A stretch of 64,000 bases of DNA from an uncultured Planctomycetia bacterium (GCA_964597545.1 CAZQXN010000006.1:13695-77694), one strand, 5' to 3'. Shown: positions 9,309 through 19,602, counted from the first letter of the stretch. Numbers and translations: made by a program. The notes: generated from the sequence alone by a model not told the origin.

Positions 9309-9761
9309 GTGGAAAGCATTTTGATCGCCAAAAACCCATCTGCCGGAAGAGATTTCCACCTCCTGGAGAGCTGGGAGGCCGGCATTGAGCTGAAGGGCTC
9401 AGAGGTCAAATCGCTCAGGGCCCATCAGGTCAACTTAAGGGACAGCTTTGTCCGGATCGAGGGGGGTCAGGCCTGGCTGTATGGCATGGAGGTCTCTCCC
9501 TACCCGCAGTCCGGACGGTTTGCCCCGGAGCCCAAGCGGCAGCGCCGCCTCCTGCTTCACCGTGCACAGATTGAGCGCTTGGCAGGGCAGGTGGATCGTA
9601 AGGGTTTTGCCCTTATCCCGACCCAATTGTATTTTAAGGGCTCCTTGGCTAAGGTGGAGCTGGCCCTGGCCAAAGGCAAACGCTTCTTTGATAAGCGCGA
9701 AACCATCAAGAAGCGGGAGACCGACCGCGAGATTCAGCGCGCCTTAAAGCGGCGCATATAG
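9309..9761 (+). CDS. smpB: SsrA-binding protein SmpB
   Basis: ...GIELKGSEVKSLRAHQVNLRDSFVRIEGGQAWLYGMEVSPY...LLLHRAQI... is canonical SmpB. The tmRNA gene follows immediately. Confidence 0.85.
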   Translation: MESILIAKNPSAGRDFHLLESWEAGIELKGSEVKSLRAHQVNLRDSFVRIEGGQAWLYGMEVSPYPQSGRFAPEPKRQRRLLLHRAQIERLAGQVDRKGFALIPTQLYFKGSLAKVELALAKGKRFFDKRETIKKRETDREIQRALKRRI

Positions 9762-9767
9762 TTCTTT

Positions 9768-10171
9768 GGGGGCGACTGGTTTCGACTGAAGTGACTGGGT
9801 CGAACGTCGCGTGCCGAGGTGGTCCGGAGGCCTCGTAAAAAACCGGACAAAATGATACGTGCCAAAAATATGGTCAAGGGGATCGCCCCGGTTGTGCCGA
9901 TGAGGCCTGCCGTGGTCCCCATGGCACTGGCTGCGTAAAAAACGCAACCCGTCCTCCAGTCAACGCCTGCTAGATTGGATGGACGTCGCCAGCAGGCTGG
10001 CTTAAGTCCAGTACCTCTGGGGGCTTGGGCGAGGAAACCAACCAGGGGGTAGTCGATGCCTTGATCCTGTCCGTGGGAGCGGGCGTCGGCGAAAACCAAA
10101 TCACGGACTACGCACGTAGTGACTCGATTTTCAGCTGCTTCGGCACGAGAGTTCGAATCTCTCCGCCTCCA
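9768..10171 (+). ncRNA. ssrA: tmRNA (SsrA)
   Basis: 5' GGGGGCGACUGGUUUCGAC... and GCCUCGUAAAAAACCGGACAAAAU resemble the E. coli tmRNA 5' region. Internal tag ORF ends ...MALAA-TAA. 3' tRNA-like T-arm GAGAGTTCGAATCTCTC plus acceptor CGCCTCCA pairing with the 5' end. Confidence 0.8.
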
Positions 10172-10229
10172 TTTCTTTTCCAAGAGTTGTTTCCTGTTTG
10201 GTCATCGTGAATACAGCTGGAGGTCAACC

Positions 10230-10754
10230 ATGAAAATCGTTCCACAGCTTAGAATTTGCCTGGGGTTTGTTTCCTGTGCCGCCTTGATCTGCTTGTTTGT
10301 TCTGGTGTCAGGTTGCGCTCCCCGCTATCAGAAGGCGGGGAAGCTCGGCTATGGCTACCGGGACATCAAACTGCAGGAGGATATGTTCAAAATCTCCTAT
10401 GACGGCAACTCCTACATGAGCAAACGGCAGGCAGAGGATTTTGCCACACTCAGAGCCGCTGAGGTTGCTCTGGATAACGGCTATGCCTACTTCGTTATCC
10501 TGGAGTCGGACATCGAACTGAAGGAAGAGCTTAGGGCTACTGAGGCAGTCAGCCGCACCAAGATTGAGACGGACGATCCCGGAGACGTTGAGATTGAGAC
10601 AAGGGGTAGGCCCAGCGAACTGCAAACAAGGATGTATCCGCAGGTCACACTCTTTATCCAATGCTTTCACCAGAAGCCTCAAAGGGTTTCGGGGCGGACA
10701 TACGAAGCCAGATTCGTCAAGCAGAGCATTCGGTCCACCTACGAGCTTGAGTAG
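10230..10754 (+). CDS. Hypothetical lipoprotein
   Basis: Start moved to the MKIV... ATG, which has GGAGG 8 nt upstream; the longer ORF would overlap the tmRNA. Lipobox LVSGC. Confidence 0.4.
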   Translation: MKIVPQLRICLGFVSCAALICLFVLVSGCAPRYQKAGKLGYGYRDIKLQEDMFKISYDGNSYMSKRQAEDFATLRAAEVALDNGYAYFVILESDIELKEELRATEAVSRTKIETDDPGDVEIETRGRPSELQTRMYPQVTLFIQCFHQKPQRVSGRTYEARFVKQSIRSTYELE

Positions 10755-10803
10755 GGTAAACGTCCCCTATCTTTTCTAGCTTGTTACCTGTCAGGTCTAA
10801 AGC

Positions 10804-11910
10804 GTGAAGAAGATCGTTTCTTTCGCTGCATCGCTGTTTCTTCTTTCTGGGTGCGCTACGGCACGCCCAGTGACTTCTGCGGTGCAGCCCTTGGCACCCT
10901 CGCTTTCCAATTTTGCCTCTGCCCATCGTGTTTCTGTGGAGGGGCAGCGGTATCTTCCTTTGGAGGCGTTGGCCAAACAGCTCAAGGGACACCAGCTTTG
11001 GGATTCAGAAACGCAGATCTGGTCTCTGACCTCTGGTAACCGGGAGCTGCGGGCCGCTCCCAACCTGTCGGTGGTATTGGTGAATGGATCGGCCCATGCC
11101 CTTGAGCACCCTCCGCTGCTGCGTGAGGGGCGTTTCTTGCTTCCGGAGGAAGTATGGGCGCAGTGGTTAGCAGGATGGACCACTGCTCCTCCAGCCCCCA
11201 GGCGCGCACCGCTCAAGCGGCTTAGGACCATTGTTGTGGATGCCGGGCATGGCGGCAAAGATCCCGGGGCAGTCAGCCACGGGGGCTTGTATGAAAAGAC
11301 CGTCACCTTGGACATCGCCCGCCGCCTGCGCGATCTGCTGACTCGGGAGGGTTTTCGGGTGGTGATGACCCGTTACGATGACCGCTTTGTCTCCCTGCGC
11401 CGGCGCAGCGCCATCGCCAACCGGGAAGGGGGAGACCTCTTCATCTCCGTCCACGTCAACGCCTCCCGAAGCCGAAAGGTCTCTGGTTTTGAGGCCTATT
11501 ACCTCTCCGAGGCGACCGATGACAACGCTCGGGCTCTGGCTGCGGCTGAGAATGCTGCTCTGCCGGATGAGGTCGGAGAAGCCGTTCCTTCCGAGACCGA
11601 AGCGATCATCTGGGATCTGCTCTATACCGAGCACCGAGCTGCTTCCACCATACTGGCCGACCGTGTTTGCCAGGGGTTGGTTCGCAAGGGGCTTCCGGTC
11701 AGAAATCGAGGCGTTAAATCGGCTCGTTTTGCTGTGCTCAAGGGAGCGCGGATGCCGGCCGTTCTGGTGGAGGTCGGGTTCATTTCGCATCGAAACGAAG
11801 AGGCCAGACTGCGCAAGCCCGGCTACCGCCGGCAGTTGGCCGAAGGAATTCGTAACGGGATCATAAGATTCCGGGATGACTTGGAGCGGCAGTATGCTGC
11901 AGCGCCCTAA
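10804..11910 (+). CDS. N-acetylmuramoyl-L-alanine amidase (AmiC-like)
   Basis: Lipoprotein signal (LLSGC). IVVDAGHGGKDPGA...DLFISVHVNAS...ARMPAVLVEVGFISH is the Amidase_3 catalytic domain. Confidence 0.8.
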   Translation: MKKIVSFAASLFLLSGCATARPVTSAVQPLAPSLSNFASAHRVSVEGQRYLPLEALAKQLKGHQLWDSETQIWSLTSGNRELRAAPNLSVVLVNGSAHALEHPPLLREGRFLLPEEVWAQWLAGWTTAPPAPRRAPLKRLRTIVVDAGHGGKDPGAVSHGGLYEKTVTLDIARRLRDLLTREGFRVVMTRYDDRFVSLRRRSAIANREGGDLFISVHVNASRSRKVSGFEAYYLSEATDDNARALAAAENAALPDEVGEAVPSETEAIIWDLLYTEHRAASTILADRVCQGLVRKGLPVRNRGVKSARFAVLKGARMPAVLVEVGFISHRNEEARLRKPGYRRQLAEGIRNGIIRFRDDLERQYAAAP

Positions 11911-12697
11911 ATCCATCGGGATCTTCGACTCCGGGATCGGGGGACTCACTGTGGTCCGGGAGGTCATGAAGCTTTTACCCCACGAGTCGGTGGTCTATCT
12001 CGGAGACACCGCTCGTGTCCCTTACGGCAACAAATCCAAAAGGACAGTTCAAAAGTTCTCCACCGAGAACACCCTCTTTCTCCTGGAGCGTGACGTCAAG
12101 CTCATCATCGTTGCCTGCCACACCTCCTCCAGCTTTGCCTTAGATCAGCTTATCCGTAACTTCAAGCAGCCCTTTCTAGGGGTAACCGAGCCGGGTGTCG
12201 AGGCCGCCTTGGAGGCGACCCATTCGGGGCGAATCGGCGTCATCGGCACCAAGGCAACGGTGGGCTCCAGCGCTTACCCCAAGGCCATTGCCCGGCGCTG
12301 CCCAGAGGCCAAGGTCATCCAGCAGGCTTGTCCCCTCTTTGTTCCCTTGGCCGAGGAGGGTTGGCAAGCCGATCCGGTGGCCCTAGAGATCGCCCGGCGC
12401 TATCTCAAGCCCCTTAAATCTGCTCGGGTGGATACGTTGATCTTGGGCTGCACCCATTACCCGCTGCTTAAAGGAGTGATCGCCAAGGTCATGGGGCCCA
12501 AGGTTCGGCTGATTGATTCTGCCCAGCAGGTGGCACGCCGCGCCAAATCGATCTTGGAAGCCCCTGATGCCCAGCCCTCCGGGCGCCGAAGTGCCGGCCC
12601 GATTTATCAGTTCTTTGTGACAGATGAGCCGCGGCACTTCCAGACGCTCTCGCGCCGCTTTCTGGGCAAGCAGGTCGGTCGTGTCTCGAGGGTCTAG
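11894..12697 (+). CDS. murI: Glutamate racemase
   Basis: IGIFDSGIGGLTV...VVYLGDTARVPYG...IIVACHTSS...LGCTHYP. Start chosen at the second Met. Confidence 0.85.
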   Translation: MLQRPKSIGIFDSGIGGLTVVREVMKLLPHESVVYLGDTARVPYGNKSKRTVQKFSTENTLFLLERDVKLIIVACHTSSSFALDQLIRNFKQPFLGVTEPGVEAALEATHSGRIGVIGTKATVGSSAYPKAIARRCPEAKVIQQACPLFVPLAEEGWQADPVALEIARRYLKPLKSARVDTLILGCTHYPLLKGVIAKVMGPKVRLIDSAQQVARRAKSILEAPDAQPSGRRSAGPIYQFFVTDEPRHFQTLSRRFLGKQVGRVSRV

Positions 12698-13367
12698 AAG
12701 GGTTTCCGGGAAAGCGGTTGTGCTGCTTTCCGGGGGACTGGATTCCGCAACCACCCTTTATCTTGCTCGCTCCAAGGGATTTTATTGCACCTGCCTGATT
12801 GTGGATTACGCTCAGCGCCACCGCCGAGAGATTCGGGCAGCCCAGGCAGTGGCTCGAACGGCCGGATGCGCCTCAAAGACCGTCACCCTTAAGCTTCCTT
12901 GGGGCGGTTCTGCCTTGACCGACCGAAGCATGCCGGTGCCCAAAGGCCGGTCTATGGGCCGGATCGGGCAAGGGATACCCAGCACCTATGTTCCGGCCCG
13001 CAACACCATCTTTTTATCTTTGGCCCTTGGGTTTGCTGAGGCCATCGGAGCAGGGCGCATCTTTATCGGCGCCAACTCGGTCGATTTTTCCGGCTATCCA
13101 GATTGCAAACCGAGTTACTATCAAGCCCTTCAGCGGGCGGTTCGCCTGGGAACCCGGGCCGGGACAGTCGGCCAAAACATTCGAATTGAAACCCCCTTGA
13201 TCCGGAAAACCAAAGCTGAGATTATCCGCTTGGGTACCAAACTTAAAGTTCCTTATCGGTTGACCTGGTCCTGTTATTCGGGTGGGAGGCGTCCTTGCGG
13301 CCGATGCGACAGCTGTCTGCTGCGGGCCAGGGGATTCCGACAAGCTGGAATTTCGGATCCGGCATGA
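12624..13367 (+). CDS. queC: 7-cyano-7-deazaguanine synthase QueC
   Basis: KAVVLLSGGLDSAT (PP-loop) ... C-terminal CxxCxxC zinc motif RPCGRCDSCLLR. True start is probably a GTG near 12681; the ORF-track start overlaps murI. Confidence 0.75.
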   Translation: MSRGTSRRSRAAFWASRSVVSRGSRRVSGKAVVLLSGGLDSATTLYLARSKGFYCTCLIVDYAQRHRREIRAAQAVARTAGCASKTVTLKLPWGGSALTDRSMPVPKGRSMGRIGQGIPSTYVPARNTIFLSLALGFAEAIGAGRIFIGANSVDFSGYPDCKPSYYQALQRAVRLGTRAGTVGQNIRIETPLIRKTKAEIIRLGTKLKVPYRLTWSCYSGGRRPCGRCDSCLLRARGFRQAGISDPA

Positions 13368-13404
13368 GTCCTTCGACGTTGCTCAAGACAAGCGGAGTCG
13401 AACC

Positions 13405-14250
13405 ATGAGCGAAACTGCACGCGTGATCGAGGTCTTCCCCTCCATTCAAGGGGAGGGGATCTACGCGGGCAAGCGCCACCTCTTTGTCCGTTTTGGGGAT
13501 TGCAACCTCAATTGCTGTTACTGCGACACCGATTTCAAGGGTCCATCTGTCGCGGTTGATGCTGAAAAGCTTTTGGAGATGGTGCACCGCCACCTGCAAA
13601 GCAACGGTCCGTTCCACGCGGTCAGCCTCACCGGAGGGGAGCCGCTCATCTGGTGGAGATTCCTGCAGGGGTGGCTTCCGAAACTTAAAGCCATTCATCC
13701 CACAACGTATTTGGAAACCAACGGCACCCTGCCGGATGCATTTCAGGGGGTGCTCGCCTGGATAGATATCATTGCCATGGATCTGAAGCTCCCTTCCTCT
13801 ACGGGGGAGAGGCCTTTTTGGACAGAGCATGAGTGTTTCCTGCGAGCAGCCCACTCGGCAAGCAGGTGCCAGGTAGCTCGTAACTCCATAGGAGACAATA
13901 GGTTGCAAGCTGAATCGGTACCTGGTACCGTTTTTGTGAAGCTTACCGTGACTGCCGATACCCGCGATGAGGATCTGAGGCGTGCGTGCGATCTGGTGGC
14001 TGCGGTGGATGCGCGCATCCCGGTGGTGCTGCAGCCGGTCACCCCACCACCCGTCTTTGACCCGAAGGGTCGTTTCTCGAAGAGAAACCCGCCTTTGGCG
14101 GGCAAGCCGGGTGGTGGGGTCACCCCTTGGAGGGCGGTGAGCGGGGTTCCAAGCGATGATCAGATCAGCCGATGGCAGCATCAAGCTGAGGAAAGAGTTG
14201 CTGGGGTGCAGGTGATTCCTCAGCTTCAACGAGCACTGGGGGTGCCATGA
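13405..14250 (+). CDS. queE: 7-carboxy-7-deazaguanine synthase QueE (radical SAM), carrying an in-frame about 26-aa insertion
   Basis: [42 protein letters not shown] (Cx3Cx2C-type QueE) ... ends [11 protein letters not shown] as QueE proteins do. Start taken at the internal Met. Confidence 0.8.
   Translation: MSETARVIEVFPSIQGEGIYAGKRHLFVRFGDCNLNCCYCDTDFKGPSVAVDAEKLLEMVHRHLQSNGPFHAVSLTGGEPLIWWRFLQGWLPKLKAIHPTTYLETNGTLPDAFQGVLAWIDIIAMDLKLPSSTGERPFWTEHECFLRAAHSASRCQVARNSIGDNRLQAESVPGTVFVKLTVTADTRDEDLRRACDLVAAVDARIPVVLQPVTPPPVFDPKGRFSKRNPPLAGKPGGGVTPWRAVSGVPSDDQISRWQHQAEERVAGVQVIPQLQRALGVP
13860..13938. repeat. Intragenic copy of the GGTACC-W-GGTACC palindromic element inside queE
   Basis: GGTGCCAGGTAGC (13865-13877) ... 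AATCGGTACCTGGTACC (13917-13929) then GTTTTTGTG. Same unit as the post-giant-gene repeats. Confidence 0.5.
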
Positions 14251-14975
14251 ACCGTTTGGATGGACGAAAGCCTAATGAACTGCGCCCGATCTCTGTGGGT
14301 CGGGGCTACCAGAAATTTGCCGAGGGATCCTGCCTGATCGAGCTGGGTCAGACCCGGGTGGTTTGCAGCGCCTCAGTGGAGGAGCGGGTCCCGCCCTTTC
14401 TTTTGGAGAGCGGTTCAGGCTGGGTGACGGCCGAATACGGCATGCTGCCCCGTTCCACTCAGGAGCGGTCCCAGCGGGAAGCGGCCCGGGGCCGCCAGGG
14501 GGGCAGGACCCAGGAGATTCAGCGTTTGATCGGCCGTTCCCTGCGCGCGGTGACCGATCTGGGCAAGCTGGGCCCCCGGACCATTGTGATCGACTGCGAT
14601 GTGATCCAGGCCGATGGCGGCACCCGGACCGCGGCCATCACCGGCGCCTTTGTGGCTCTGGTTGAAGCGCTGGGCTATTTGCGCAGCAAGGGTGTTTTCA
14701 AGAAGCTGCCGGTTCGGGATTTGGTCGCTGCCACCTCAATGGGTTTGCTGGAGAGTCAAGCGCTGTTGGATTTGACCTACGAGGAAGATGCCAAGGTGCG
14801 GGTGGACATGAACTTGATCATGACCGGCCGGGGGGAGTTGGTTGAGATTCAAGGGGCAGGGGAACGGAGCACCTTTACCGAAGACGAGCTTCAAACCCTG
14901 CTGGCGTTAGGCAAGGGGGGCATCGAAGAGCTGATTCAGGTTCAAAGATCCACCTTGAAGGATCTGCTGGGATGA
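14247..14975 (+). CDS. rph: Ribonuclease PH
   Basis: [15 protein letters not shown]...[22 protein letters not shown] is canonical RNase PH. Confidence 0.85.
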   Translation: MNRLDGRKPNELRPISVGRGYQKFAEGSCLIELGQTRVVCSASVEERVPPFLLESGSGWVTAEYGMLPRSTQERSQREAARGRQGGRTQEIQRLIGRSLRAVTDLGKLGPRTIVIDCDVIQADGGTRTAAITGAFVALVEALGYLRSKGVFKKLPVRDLVAATSMGLLESQALLDLTYEEDAKVRVDMNLIMTGRGELVEIQGAGERSTFTEDELQTLLALGKGGIEELIQVQRSTLKDLLG

Positions 14976-15054
14976 TTCCACTCGTCATTCCCGCGCATAC
15001 GGGAATCAGGATCCGTCCTCACGGAAGTGAGGATCAAGTCGGGGATGACAAATA

Positions 15055-15669
15055 GTGGTCACCTTTCTCTTAGCCACCGGCAACCGACACAAGGTTCGCG
15101 AGCTCAAGCGCCTCCTTAAAGGGGTGCCGGTTCGCTGGGTGGGGCTGGATCGCTTTCCCGGGATCCGGACAGCGCGCGAGGATGGAACCACCTTTCAGGC
15201 CAATGCCGTCAAGAAGGCGGTTGCCGTCTCCCGGCAGACGATCTTGCCTGTTTTGGCGGAAGACTCGGGATTGGTGGTCCCGGCCCTGAAGGGTCAGCCT
15301 GGGGTGCGCTCAGCTCGGTTTGCAGGCAAGGGAGCAACCGACCAGGCCAACGTAAAAAAGTTGCTCAACCAAATGCACCACCATCTCCCCTCCAGGCGTC
15401 ATGCCAAGTTTGTCTGCTGCATGGTCTTGGCGATGGGAGGCAGGCCGGTCAAAACCTTCCAGGCTTCCACGGCAGGATCCATTGCGCATGCTGCGCGCGG
15501 GGGAACCGGTTTTGGGTATGATCCGGTTTTTATTCCGCGGGGGTATCGAAAGACCTTTGCCGAGCTGGGGGCCGGGACCAAAGATCAGCACAGCCACCGG
15601 GCCAAGGCAGCTGCCCGCTTGAGGGAGTGGCTTAAAAGAGCTCTTCCAAAAGCTCCGGCAGGTTCTTAA
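15055..15669 (+). CDS. rdgB: Non-canonical purine NTP pyrophosphatase (RdgB/HAM1 family)
   Basis: LATGNRHKVRELKRLL...FGYDPVFIP is Ham1 family. Confidence 0.8.
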   Translation: MVTFLLATGNRHKVRELKRLLKGVPVRWVGLDRFPGIRTAREDGTTFQANAVKKAVAVSRQTILPVLAEDSGLVVPALKGQPGVRSARFAGKGATDQANVKKLLNQMHHHLPSRRHAKFVCCMVLAMGGRPVKTFQASTAGSIAHAARGGTGFGYDPVFIPRGYRKTFAELGAGTKDQHSHRAKAAARLREWLKRALPKAPAGS

Positions 15670-18208
15670 GCTGCTTGTTGATCACATCCTTGAGCTGCTG
15701 GGGCCGGTAGCTGCGCTTGGGGTTCTTCCACGTTCCGGTGACCTGAATCTCTCCTGCCAAGAGCTCCGTTCCACGGGCAATCACCTCGCCAAGCTTGCTC
15801 TGATTTTCCTCTAAGAGCTCCGGTTCCAGGGCGGGGATGATGGTCCAGTCAATGGGGCTGTTGGCGCCTTGCAGGAATCCGCCCGATCCGGAGATGGTTA
15901 GAGCCGCTTGCGGCGCTTTCAGCTCCAGGCCGTCGGTTCGAATCTGACCGCCTTGAAGGGCAAAACTTCCACCGGCCTGCTGAAACACCAGCGTACGCAG
16001 ATTGGGCACCTTCAGCAAAGAGGCAAGGGGCCCTAAAAACGGCAGCTCCAGGATCTGGGCTCCATGAATGGAGGTCATCCCTTTGCCGGTAATGCGGGTT
16101 AGGTCTGCCCCGGAACCTGTCCCTTCCCACTCCAGGGAGAGTTTTCCGGCCATCTGTGTCTCCCATTTGAACGTTTGGATGAGCTCGGCCAGTTCTACCT
16201 GGGCCGCGGCGAACTTCCCTTGCCAGGGGTTTTCAGGTTTCCGGGGATTGAGCACTCCGGAAGCTTCCACTGTGCCGCCGGCCAACAGACCCTTGGCCAG
16301 GGGAATGATCACTCGGCCCTCCTCTTGGCCGATTTGAAATGCCGCATCCTTGAATGTAATTCCCCACGCGGTTAGGGCAGGGGAGTTGACCTTGAGATCA
16401 CACTCCCACCTCTTAGGGTTGCGCAGATCCCCCTGCAAAAACCACCGGCCCGATGCTTCCCCCTGAAGCGCTGCCTTCTCGAGCCACCCCGGCGGTTTTG
16501 GCCAGAAGCTTATCAGCTCCTCAATGGGGCCCGCCCACTCTCCGTAGAGGTTGCCGACGGGAGCAGCTTCGGCTTCGGTGTCTGCGGGGCGCTTGATTTC
16601 TCCGAGGAGGCGAAAGAGGTTTTTCGCGGATTTTCCATTTAACCCGTGAATTTCCAGGCGATCCGGGTGAAGGGTCAGCTGTGTTTCCGCGGTGAGCTCA
16701 CCCCACCGGATTTGCGCATCCACCTGAGGCTTATCTGACTGCACCAGGGTCCCCTCCAGTTGGAGGGGGCGGCCGGAGAGCCGACCCTTGAGGTCTGAGA
16801 CCGTGACCAAATCCGGCTGCCACCGCGCTTGGCCGGCACCTGACTCAAATCTGTGATTCTCGGCAATCTGAAAAGCCAAATCTGTGAAGATGACAGTGGC
16901 GACAGAGTGCATGGAGGGTTTGGGTCTTAAGATACCCGAGCCGCTCCAATCGATCGCGGCCTGCCCGCCCGGCTTAGCCTTCTGGGCCCATTGCTCTGCT
17001 TGGGGGAAATAGCCCACAACGGTCCCGACCGGAAGGGCAGTCTTGGCCGAGAGGGAAAAGGTTCTCTGCCCGCTGTTATCCAGGGCCGCGGTAAGGGTGA
17101 CCGGCGCTCCGGAAGGAAGGCTCGCCGAAAGGGTTTGGGACTTGATCTCCTCGGCTGTCAGGCCAATCTTACCCGAGAGTTTCTCGAACCTCCCGATGCG
17201 GGGCAGCGGATCCAGCGTTGTCTCATCCAGGGTTATCAGGGTTGCCAGGCGCTTCCACACTTTGCGGAAAGAGATCGGGAAGGAAAGATCATCTGCTTTG
17301 GCGTCAATCCGGAGGCCTCCGCGAAGATGCAGGGTCTCAGGAGGATCTGCTTGCCATCCGGAGGCAATCGGGTGTTTTAATCCAAGGTCCAAGGTGTCGG
17401 TTGTGACGATGCCTTCGAAGGACAGCTTCTCTTTGGGTTTGCCGGCAACCTTCAGGGTCATCTGAGCGTGCCCCTGAAGAGAGTGGATCTTAGGCCGGAT
17501 CTTCTTGGGGAGGTAGCGCAGCACAAAGGAGAGGGGCACGTCAGATTTCCCCTCCAGCTTTAAGAGCTTTTCCTTCACGCTGTAGCTGCCCGTAAGAGCG
17601 AGGGGCAGCTGCGGCTCATGCTTCAACTGCGCCGAGAGGTCCCAACGGGCCTTTGCCGGAAGCGAGAGGGTAAGCTGGGCGTTCACCTCTTCAAACTGCA
17701 GCGGATCCGGGGCGTTGGCGCCACCAAAGACGAGATCAAAGGTCCCCTTGGAGATCACGATCTTTGGAATCAACAACTGGAATTTGCCGGGCTTATCTGC
17801 TTGGGATTTCTGCTTGCGCCGCAGGGTCTGGATGTTCCAGTTTCCCTTGGGTCCTTGGAGAAAACGCCCCTTGGGACGCACAATGTGGAGCGTTGGGATG
17901 ATGAGCTTGCGCTCCTTCAAGAGGGGCAGCAGGAGGATTCCGCCGGAGAGCCGCTCCACCTCTAAGAAGGAGATCTCCCCAAAGGCGGTCTCTTCGGCAA
18001 TGACCACCTGCTCCAAGAGAAAGCCGTGCCAAGGATGCAGGCGCACTCGCTCGACCGAGACCTTGCGCCCGAGCGCCTCGGAGGCAAGGGTCTGGGTCCA
18101 CTGCCGGGTCTTAACCGGTAGGACCTTGCGGTTGAGGTATTCCAACCCTGCTGCACCGACTGCTGCTGCCAACAGCAGGAAGATTGCGATCTTGACGGAT
18201 TTACGCAT
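15632..18208 (-). CDS. AsmA-family / TamB-like large membrane-anchored protein
   Basis: 858 aa with an N-terminal TM anchor (MRKSVKIAIFLLLAAAVGAAG) and a long beta-rich body typical of AsmA-like proteins. Confidence 0.5.
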   Translation of the reverse strand: MRKSVKIAIFLLLAAAVGAAGLEYLNRKVLPVKTRQWTQTLASEALGRKVSVERVRLHPWHGFLLEQVVIAEETAFGEISFLEVERLSGGILLLPLLKERKLIIPTLHIVRPKGRFLQGPKGNWNIQTLRRKQKSQADKPGKFQLLIPKIVISKGTFDLVFGGANAPDPLQFEEVNAQLTLSLPAKARWDLSAQLKHEPQLPLALTGSYSVKEKLLKLEGKSDVPLSFVLRYLPKKIRPKIHSLQGHAQMTLKVAGKPKEKLSFEGIVTTDTLDLGLKHPIASGWQADPPETLHLRGGLRIDAKADDLSFPISFRKVWKRLATLITLDETTLDPLPRIGRFEKLSGKIGLTAEEIKSQTLSASLPSGAPVTLTAALDNSGQRTFSLSAKTALPVGTVVGYFPQAEQWAQKAKPGGQAAIDWSGSGILRPKPSMHSVATVIFTDLAFQIAENHRFESGAGQARWQPDLVTVSDLKGRLSGRPLQLEGTLVQSDKPQVDAQIRWGELTAETQLTLHPDRLEIHGLNGKSAKNLFRLLGEIKRPADTEAEAAPVGNLYGEWAGPIEELISFWPKPPGWLEKAALQGEASGRWFLQGDLRNPKRWECDLKVNSPALTAWGITFKDAAFQIGQEEGRVIIPLAKGLLAGGTVEASGVLNPRKPENPWQGKFAAAQVELAELIQTFKWETQMAGKLSLEWEGTGSGADLTRITGKGMTSIHGAQILELPFLGPLASLLKVPNLRTLVFQQAGGSFALQGGQIRTDGLELKAPQAALTISGSGGFLQGANSPIDWTIIPALEPELLEENQSKLGEVIARGTELLAGEIQVTGTWKNPKRSYRPQQLKDVINKQLKNLPELLEELF

Positions 18209-18314
18209 GAAATGATTGTACCATTTGGATTGTTAGGTGCGGTACGGCGCTTCCCTTGCTAAAATAAACAGGTCGGTCCTTGCTCATTATCGACTTGATT
18301 TAAGAGCTTGTTTC

Positions 18315-18390
18315 CGGGGCGTAGCTCAGTTTGGTCTAGAGCGCTGCGTTTGGGACGCAGAAGTCGGCAGTTCGAATCTGCCCGCCCCGA
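18315..18390 (+). tRNA. tRNA-Pro (anticodon TGG)
   Basis: CGGGGCGTAGCTCAGTTTGG...CTGCG-TTTGGGA-CGCAG...GGCAGTTCGAATCTGCCCGCCCCGA cloverleaf. Confidence 0.8.
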
Positions 18391-18405
18391 GTATCCATGA
18401 TTTTA

Positions 18406-18478
18406 GCGCCTGTAGCTCAATGGATAGAGCAGAGGGTTTCTAACCCTTTGGCTGGGGGTTCGACTCCTCCCAGGCGCG
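18406..18478 (+). tRNA. tRNA-Arg (anticodon TCT)
   Basis: GCGCCTGTAGCTCAATGGATAGAGC...GAGGG-TTTCTAA-CCCTT...GGGGGTTCGACTCCTCCCAGGCGCG. Confidence 0.8.
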
Positions 18479-18506
18479 GATCATTAACTACGAGAGGAAT
18501 TCAAGC

Positions 18507-19571
18507 GTGCGCGGTAAATCGTTACTCATCATCCTTGTCATTGTGGGGTTGCTGGCCCTAGGTTACAAGGCCAGTATGGGTATACTCAAAGCCCGGTTGG
18601 AGGAGCGCCTGACCGATGCCTGTTCTCGAGCTGTCAAGGTGGAGTCGGTTCGCTTTACCTTTCCGCTCGGGATTCGCGTTGAGGGCTTGACGGTCCCGCG
18701 GATCCGAGGCGAACGAACTGCACCCCTTTCAGCCGACGCCATCCAGGTCAATCTCTTGACCGGCGCATTGCTGCAGGGCAGCCCGGGCGTTGCCTTAGAT
18801 ATTCAGGCACCCAAGCTGCGTATGGATTGGAATCAACAGGTGCGCAAACTGCTTGCGGCCGCAGGCCCCATTTCTTTGGGGCAGGGCACACAGGCCGGGG
18901 CAGTGGCGCTCAAGCGCGTGACAATTCGAGACGGGCAGCTGATCTTCTTAGACCAAACGGTGGTTCCCGAAGTTCCCTGGATCTTTCAGGGCATGGATCT
19001 GAGTGTCACCTCTGGAACCATCAAAGAGCAGCGCCTATTCAGTGCTGCAGGGGAATTAGGCGGTCCCTCAGCTGATATCCTGGGCCGAATCCAGCTTGAG
19101 GGCAGCACTCTACCCCAGGGGCCGGGTGAGATTAAACTTTCCTTGGGTCATCAGAAGATCCGGATTCTTGCCCCCTACATCCGTAAGGTGCTGGGGACAG
19201 CGCCCCATCGCGGTTCTGTGGAGCTGGAAAGCCGCATCACCTTTGACGCGACGAAGGGGCTGATTATCGCCGAAAATGAGTTGACCGCCAACGGTATCCA
19301 TTTTCCGGATGATCAGCCGACCCGCTTAGGTCCTGACGGCAACCGCCTGGCAGAGCTCTTAAGTGATCCGGAGGGGAATATCCACTTAGGCTTTGTTGTC
19401 ACCGGAAAGCGCGGAGAACCGCTCGATTGGTCCGACCTGGTCGCCGGCGCACTGCGCCAGGCCATGCGCCAGGCCTTGGCGCGCGGCATCCGGGATGCCT
19501 TGGTCGATTCTGAGCAGGTCAAGCCCCTGGAGGATTTGATTCAGAAGGGAATCGAATCCCTGGGCCGCTGA
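18507..19571 (+). CDS. Hypothetical membrane-anchored protein (DUF748/AsmA-N-like)
   Basis: N-terminal TM (LLIILVIVGLLALG) followed by a beta-rich periplasmic-type body. No motif recognised. Confidence 0.35.
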   Translation: MRGKSLLIILVIVGLLALGYKASMGILKARLEERLTDACSRAVKVESVRFTFPLGIRVEGLTVPRIRGERTAPLSADAIQVNLLTGALLQGSPGVALDIQAPKLRMDWNQQVRKLLAAAGPISLGQGTQAGAVALKRVTIRDGQLIFLDQTVVPEVPWIFQGMDLSVTSGTIKEQRLFSAAGELGGPSADILGRIQLEGSTLPQGPGEIKLSLGHQKIRILAPYIRKVLGTAPHRGSVELESRITFDATKGLIIAENELTANGIHFPDDQPTRLGPDGNRLAELLSDPEGNIHLGFVVTGKRGEPLDWSDLVAGALRQAMRQALARGIRDALVDSEQVKPLEDLIQKGIESLGR

Positions 19572-19602
19572 TTCGCCAGCCCTTCGCAACACCGATTTCC
19601 AT

